The notes beneath the pieces were generated by a model. The model did not search any database, was not told where the DNA came from, and saw nothing but the letters and a program-made list of their open reading frames with translations. A stretch of DNA of 63,893 nucleotides, the filler included, from Salisapilia sapeloensis CBS 127946 (Eukaryota > Protista > Oomycota), in the NCBI GenBank assembly GCA_023334545.1. It is 4 parts of 4 records of this genome, joined end to end, with 100 filler letters (N's around TTAATTAATTAA, not from the genome) between each part and the next. Parts side by side here need not be neighbours in the genome. Positions count along the whole stretch, not along the records: positions 46,351 to 62,633 come from JAADVB010000354.1; positions 62,734 to 63,893 come from JAADVB010001280.1; 2 more parts are not named here. One strand, given 5' to 3'. Both the position numbers and the translations under genes were made by a program. Below are positions 57,354-63,893 of the stretch, one piece after another; positions within the stretch are counted from its first letter, which is position 1; every line of letters begins with the position of its first letter.

Positions 57354-58477
57354 ATTGCACCGATCGATCGACCTATGTCTGATACACCAGCACCTGTAAA
57401 TACTCTTCTGTAAGCCTTCTGCGTGCGTTTTATGTGGAAAAAGTAAGAAAAGAAAATATGAAAGTCTTTTTCTTTTATTGTAGACGTTAGATATGGGACG
57501 ATGGGTGTGTCTGGAATGGAGAGCAATGCTTGGGAAATGCTGGGTGGTATTAGTGTCGAATGTTTTGGAGATGTTTAGGTAGCTTTGATACCTTTTGCAT
57601 CCTCGGAATGAAGTAAAAAAAGCAGGGTAGCACTCAAGTGTTACGAGTACAGCTAGCGGATGGATGGGAGTGAACGAGTAATGTCAAGTAAGTGAGATGC
57701 ACTGGTGATTAAATCATGTTTCTAAAATACTTTACAACTTATTTGCCTTGATGGGCTGCATAGAAAGCGTATTATTGCTGTTTTGACTTTTTGCGTTTCC
57801 ATTACAGCAGACTTACCGTCTTTTTCAAGTTGGTGGTGGTAGACTAGACGCTCTATGCACACTTGACTTCAATAAAATTTCCCTATGACGGCAATAAATA
57901 CGAAAGAGCTCTTGTATGCAGTTTTCACTTGATCTTGGTTTAAATCGTGTCGGTCAAAGCAAAATGTAGACTTTTAGTTCACAATATGTTGTTTTCTCTT
58001 GAAGCTACTGAAGAAAGTGAGTGCTATGTCCAGTAATCGTTTGCTTATATGCTATTCTTTCAGTTCAGCGAAAACGGAGCGCTATCATACGCACATCGAA
58101 CGAATCCATCAAAGTCGAGAAGATAGTCGTAAGAAACCATACATAAGACTAACAATAAAAAGAGCTACATTTAGGCTAGACTATGCTAAGATAATGCCAG
58201 AAAGATCATATGAACTTTTGCAGATAGACATCTACGAACGTATCCTTCTCGTCAAAGTCCATGGTAGACTATCCCAAGTAAACTCGTCATTTACACTCAT
58301 TTCAAATAACTTACATTTTAGCATCATATCCCACAGGTAAAAACTCACAGATACGTTATTTAGCCAATGAAACTAATACACTATCAAAGGTCAATATTGA
58401 AATTTACGACAACCTAGACCATCTAACGGAAGAAAAGAGCTTGGGCATCTGATTCGACCTCGTACTCGCCATCTACC

Positions 58478-59514
58478 ATGAATGTCGCGGTACACACCTC
58501 ACTAGTACCCACATCCATCCGATCATCCATATAACACTACCTCCTTCTCCCACTATAGAGTTTCTTTGGCTTCGGCCCGTCCGTCTCGCTCCGTTTTGAG
58601 CTCGAGAACGACCTCACTAGGATTCCTCATCCGCATAAGCCAAGTACAAAAGTACCTCTACTACGTAAAATCGACAGCTCCCACACGACACCAAGCGACG
58701 TAGTCAAAGGACAGCTCATCGTGCACGTTCCCGAAGGCTCTATCGAGCACAACGGCTTATCGATCGAGCTACTCGGTATCATCGAGACACCTCACGACCG
58801 TCCGACATCCGACGAGTTCATGAGTCTCAAGACCCAAGCCATGTCATTCGGGACACTCCAAGGCCAAAAGCGATTCCGGTTCGACTTTTCAGGCGCTGAC
58901 TTACCTCATGAAAGCTACTATGGTCGTAGTGTTACACTAAAGTACCTCCTACGTGCTACGGTCTCTCGATCCTACTACAATAGTATCGTCGAAGAGATGG
59001 AAGTAATCGTATATCGATATGAACCACCGATGGAGGATGGACCAGGTATCCAACTTGAAGTTGGGATCGACGAATGCCTGCACATTGACTTTCATTATCA
59101 CAAATCTCGGTACGAACGTCCTGTATCTGTATCCTCCATCCTCTCATGTACATACCTAGCTATCAACTACATGACGTCGTACGAGGTCAAGTCCAATTCT
59201 CCCTCGTTCGGATTAAAATCAAATACATGGAACTTGCTGTCTTGCGTCGAGAAACAGTTGCTGGACACACAGAAACGGAGACCATAACACAATTCGAGCT
59301 TATGGACGGAGCACCAGTGAAAGGAGAGACAGTGCCGATCCGGATGCACCTCTCATCTCTCCCTTTAACACCGACGCTCCGAGGCGTCCATGACCGCTTT
59401 TCCACCCGCTACTTCTTCAACCTCGTGCTCGTCGATGACGAAGATCGGCGATACTTTAAACAGCATGAGATCGGCATGTGGCGACCACTGGAGCCTAGAA
59501 ATCGCAACGAATGA
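58478..59514 (+). CDS. VPS26: Retromer subunit VPS26 (divergent), 3 exons
   Basis: MNVA|SFFGFG..., EHNGLSIELLG, FDF...LPHESYYG..V.LKYLLR, LEVGIDECLHIDF, LVRIKIKYMEL, QFELMDGAPVKGETVPIR, LTPT...FSTRYFFNLVLVDDEDRRYFKQHEI. Confidence 0.88.
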
Positions 59515-59610
59515 ACTGGATCCTCGTCTGCTAGCGCCACAAGCAGAATTGATTTTTCATTCTTGTTTCTTTCTCTCTTTCTTCCTCCATCTCCTTTCTC
59601 CTCCTATGCA

Positions 59611-60405
59611 TTAGTGACGTGAATCCGAGCGCGAGCGAGAGCGAGAGTGGCGAGGCCGAGGCGATCGAGATCGTCGGGAGCGATTGCCACGGTCTCTCGA
59701 TCTCGATCTCGATCGAGACTTGGATGGAGACCGACGACGTCGGCCTCGACCTCGAGGTCCTTGCGATCCGTTCATGGAGAAACCGCCGTCACCGCGGTCC
59801 TATACAACGATTTGAATATATGCAAGTAACTAGGAATTGAATATGAAAACGAACGCGTCGGATACGGACTGTTTGTCCCTCCACTTCTTCTCCATCTAGT
59901 TTCTCGATCGCGCGTTCCATCTCTTCCGACGTGGCAAACGAGGCAGCGCCACTGCCTCGCCCATCGACATCCGTATGAACGACATCACCACCGGCACGAA
60001 GGAAATCCTTGAGATCCTGCCAGCTCATGCCAGTCGGTAGGTCCTGCAAGATCACACGGTGCTGCGTGCCACGCGGACCACCCGTCCGATCCTCCCGATT
60101 ATGCGAGACTTCGACACGGATTTTGGAGCCGTTAAAGTCCGCGTTATGCATCTCGCGCACGGCATCATCGGCATCTCGTCGATGGTCAAACTCCTACAGT
60201 ACAGATGCACCAAGCCGTGGCTTATGTTAATGTTATGCTGTATCGATTTTCGCTGCTCGAGTGTCCGTACGATAAAGGCAAAGGGTGGCGGTCGAGGTGG
60301 GAATTTTACTTTGACGGATTGAATACGTCCAAAGTCTTGGAACCTTTTTTCCAAGTCCCGTTCACGTACATCTTCCGGTAAGTTTCCAACAAAGACACGT
60401 GCCAT
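59611..60405 (-). CDS. SRSF1: SR splicing factor with two RRMs (SRSF1/SF2-ASF-like), 3 exons
   Basis: RVFVGNLP...PPPFAFI|EFDHRRDADDAVR; RRM2 LPTGMSWQDLKDF; RS tail SRSRSRSR...RSRSRSDSRH*. Confidence 0.88.
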
Positions 60406-60609
60406 GCTTTCGACTGGAGCACAAGTGTCTTAAGAATGAAAAATGAAACGAAGCTTAAAGAGCTCGATACACTGGCGAAGGACAGAAAAGAGGAGAGGGT
60501 AGAAAAAGAACAGCAAGAGGGGAGAAGGAAAGAGAAGAGAGGCGGATGGATGACGACGTTTAACGAAAGAAATGAAGTGCTGACATATCGTACGACATGT
60601 ATCTTTCTC

Positions 60610-61588
60610 TTAGGCTTTTGTAAAACCAGCATGCGTCGAGTTGTACTTGTTTAAAAGATGCTCGCCGCTCGTGGTAGGGGCGTAGTGGACGGTCCCGTCG
60701 GTGACACAAGACGGGAAACACTCGACGCGACACGTAAAGTTCGGTTCAAAGAAAAAGGGGACCGAGTACCGTTCCTTGCCGGTCGTGTTCACCACACGAT
60801 GGCGAGTCGAGCGAAAGTGACCATTCGTCCAGCGTTCACCCATGTCGCCGATGTTCACGATAAAAGCATCGGCGCGAGGAGGGACGTCGACCCACTTGTC
60901 CTGGTAATAAATTTGCAGCCCTGGTGTTGCATCCGTTGACAGCAGCGTCAGTAAGCCGTAGTCCGTATGGGCTCCGGCTCCATAGACCCCAGATGCCACA
61001 TCTGACTGCACGGGCGCATAATGCAGCAACCGCAGTGCTGCCATTGGCCTATCATGATTTATCAGATCCGCTCGGTGAAGATGAAGAGGTAAAAAAGTAC
61101 TTGTCAAACGTGCCGGGGACGTCGAATGCTCCTTTCGCGCCGGCAGCCTCCGCGAATAATTGGGCGACTTGGAAAGATACATCACACATGGTCTTGAAGT
61201 AGGTTTCCATCGACGGCTGGAACGTCGGGAACTGCGCCGCATCTGGGAAGACATTCGGACCGTGCAGTGGTAGTTTCGCTTCGTCACTATCGGCATCGAC
61301 ATGTCGGCAGATATAGTATCCTTCCTTCGTATCCCCCTGTGTTTGGTTTTCCGCATCCAAAGTCTCTTCACTCATCACCGTATACCCTCGCATGTTCTCA
61401 TTCGCCACCACTTTCATCTTCTCGTCCTTCGGTGCGGAGAAGAAGAGCTTCATTTCGTCATACACTTTTGCCAGTAGATCGTCTGAGACACCATGATGGA
61501 TAAGATAGAAGAAACCCACTTCCTTGAGAGCCTTCCGCACTTGCTCACAAGCTTCGGGGCTACGTAAATCGACCTCGGGGATCTCCAT
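60610..61588 (-). CDS. 2-oxoglutarate/Fe(II) dioxygenase (IPNS-like), 2 exons
   Basis: IPEVDL...GFFYLIHHGV, DTKEGYY, LHGPNVFP; intron 61049-61100; LRLLHY, HTDYGLLTLL, VNIGDM, STRHRVV, RYSVPFF. Confidence 0.9.
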
Positions 61589-62633
61589 CGGCCTCTGCCT
61601 CACGATAAATGACTGACACAAACCTCACATAAAGCATGAAAAACCTCATCAAATCATACAAGATGGGAGTGTAATCGTCTATGCATGTTTCGTAGTGATT
61701 ACTTTCGTTCGACCACTGTTATAGTATCTACTCTTGAGACCGACTTATTTAGCATAACTGAGCTATATCGGTGGTAACGTCAAAGCTACGCGAGTAAAGA
61801 TAGTATATTTTGGCAAAATTTATCCGTTGTCGATGTGATCTATCGTAATGCTGTCAGAGTTTTAAAAGCAGCTTTTGATCGGTATCATTCGCGACTTTCT
61901 AGAAACGTAGCAATATAAGCTTGGCACGAATGTTATGAAGGCTTCAAATGTCAATCTTGTTATTAAGCTCCATCCTTATTAACGCCTTCGCGGTGATAAA
62001 GATGCGAATTGCAACAACTTCGACTTCATGTAAGCAGGTGCAATCGACCGCACAAGCGCAAATGGATCTGAACGAAAACAAAGCAGTAGTCGTAACTGAC
62101 ACATCTAGCCTTATACTAGCTTAGTTGAATATATGGCGGCTTCATATCAGGGTTTGAGATTCCAGGCCCATCTCCGCTTTAATCTACATATAACATGGTC
62201 ATAATGGAAGGAACTAAGAAATCAGGGTACTATTTGAGGGTAAATTGTCAGTGCATCTATAAGTCAACCTGGCAGTATAGCCAAAAGTAATCAAGAATGG
62301 AATTATGTCTGCATGAACACACCATGATCTAAATATCATTTAGTTAGCGAACTATGCAGAGTCCACTAAATTTTTAATCTAAGCTGAGTTCTACATAATG
62401 GCCGTGTTCATACAGCGAGTAATTGAGTATCAAGCAAGGAATTTCCGGGTATTATGAAAATAAACATGGATCAATTGTAACAGGAATCAATACCCAAGTC
62501 TTTCGCAGTTTGCCCTACTCGTACGCTTTTATCCACCTTTCCATTCTTATCCACGTATATCGCCCGTTGCTCTATCATGCTTTGGTGTGGAGTAGTGTCG
62601 ATCGTATCGTGGTTGATCTTCTGAAGTCCTTTA

Positions 62634-62733
62634 NNNNNNNNNNNNNNNNNNNNNNNNNNNNNNNNNNNNNNNNNNNNTTAATTAATTAANNNNNNNNNNN
62701 NNNNNNNNNNNNNNNNNNNNNNNNNNNNNNNNN
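62634..62733. other. Artificial assembly spacer (44N + TTAATTAATTAA + 44N)
   Basis: Same 100-nt structure as the other gaps. Confidence 0.98.
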
Positions 62734-63677
62734 GCACACTTGGTGGTTGGGCCGTCGATGGTCAGACCTTGGCATGCAAGGTGGTAGGCTGGGTCGGAGT
62801 CGAGTGCCTTCCGCACATGGAGGGAGGTGGCAGGTAGACGGCGCAGCAGGGCACGGGCGCGGTTGCGCAGCCGTCGTAAGTGCCGGTTGCTGCAGCCAGC
62901 AGCGCCCTGGAGCTGGGCGACGATCGACGGGTGGCCGCACTCCACCACCAGGATCGGGGCGTGGTGTACGATGGCACTGGCAAGGCCTGCACAGAGGGCC
63001 GAGTAGGCCTCGGACGTTGGTGGGGCGAGGCGGGGAGGGAGGGGGAGGGAGATCGTCCAGACCTCGGCGCCAGAGTCGTCCAGCAGCACGGCGCCAGCAC
63101 CCTTGGCACGGGAGCGGCGGAGCCTGGCACCTGCGACCCGGAGTGTCCAGGTGGGTGCAGGGCGGGGCGGGGCAGGGTGCTCGGACTCGGCAGGGGGCGC
63201 GTTGTCGGCCACCATCGGCTCGTCGGCAGGCGCCGGTGGTGTCGCCGGGGAGGGAGGAGGTGATGGCCGGAGGTGTACGGGACGAGGGGGCGCATACAGG
63301 CGTCGGCGCTTGGGGGAGGGCACGTCGACGACGTCCTCGGGCGGTGTCCCCGTTGCGGGCGGCTCCGGAGAAGCGTCGTGGCTGCCGGCGGCCTTGGGGA
63401 AGGCGGGCGGGCAGCAGGCGGCACCATGGCGGGCAGCGGCGAGACGTGAGGGGAACAGTACGTCGCAGGGGCACAGGCAGTAGAAGAAGTCCACGAAGGT
63501 CACGGCCCGATGTGTCCGACGTCGGTGTGTTGCCAGGTCGGACCAGTGCCTCGTAGTCCACGGGCAGACCGTGCATGCGAACTCCGGGGCAGCGTGCCAG
63601 AATGAGGCGACGTGGGGGACGTTGGCAGCGTCAAGCGCGGCGGTTGGTAGTGGGGGAGTGGGTGTGACGGGTGTCAC
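62734..63677 (-). mobile_element. 5' part of an R2/Utopia-like non-LTR retrotransposon ORF (zinc fingers + degenerate RNase H-like domain), truncated by the gap
   Basis: Intronless ~70% GC ORF. C2H2 finger CTVC-x12-HRRRTH; second finger CPC...F.SRLAAARHGAAC; Pro-rich linker; RNase HI-like WTLRVAG...GAGAVLLDDSGAEVW...AYSALCAGL...LVVECGH..IVAQLQG...LRRLR...AYHLA. The RT domain is not visible. Confidence 0.65.
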
Positions 63678-63893
63678 AACGATAGCCCTTTAAACGTAAG
63701 GGAAGCGTTAAACGCGGAGTATGAAACTCTTGTACTAAAAGTACGGAAGTAATGTAAGACACTTGTGCTTTAGAAAGCAAAATAAGAACTGGTTGTATTT
63801 AGCGTTAATCAGACTACTAGACTTTGAGCTTCTATATACCTACTAAATCCTAATACAATCTCCTTAATCTTCATCTTAGTATGGAAAGGTCTA

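Noticed and set aside
59620-59760. GAGCGA/TCTCGA repeats resembling a microsatellite
   Set aside because: Simply the codons of the RS domain of the SR protein.
62747-63556. Long alternative-frame and antisense ORFs (also 10431-10988, 43224-43799, 3901-4416)
   Set aside because: Shadow ORFs of real genes or of the high-GC segment; no independent motifs.

Overview
Eukaryotic, gene-dense nuclear DNA, most consistent with an oomycete (stramenopile). This is inferred from the gene families present, mostly ~50-65 nt GT-AG introns, CDS GC near 50%, and an oomycete-type zinc-finger/RNase H retroelement. The window is four contigs joined by three artificial 100-nt spacers (44N-TTAATTAATTAA-44N), so linkage across 17178, 46251 and 62634 is not evidence. 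I can support about 33 protein-coding genes. Most are housekeeping (LCB2, NOG2, symplekin, CHMP5, ABCF2, CAND1, eIF3e, SUV3, VPS26, an SR protein). Several were rebuilt by hand from short exons that the ORF track misses. No rRNA, tRNA, snRNA or CRISPR was seen. The best candidate for an undescribed system is a pair of linked paralogues, each fusing a CENP-B/Pipsqueak-type HTH to a degenerate uracil-phosphoribosyltransferase fold; they could be eukaryotic nucleotide-sensing transcription regulators analogous to bacterial PurR/PyrR. Other notable items: a hidden MESD-like chaperone gene, a SelF/Sep15 homologue lacking its redox motif, a double-BED-finger protein with basic repeats, an ET-PZP chromatin reader, and a ~70% GC Utopia/R2-like retrotransposon fragment with a catalytically dead RNase H. 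All family calls are by eye from motifs; no database search was run.
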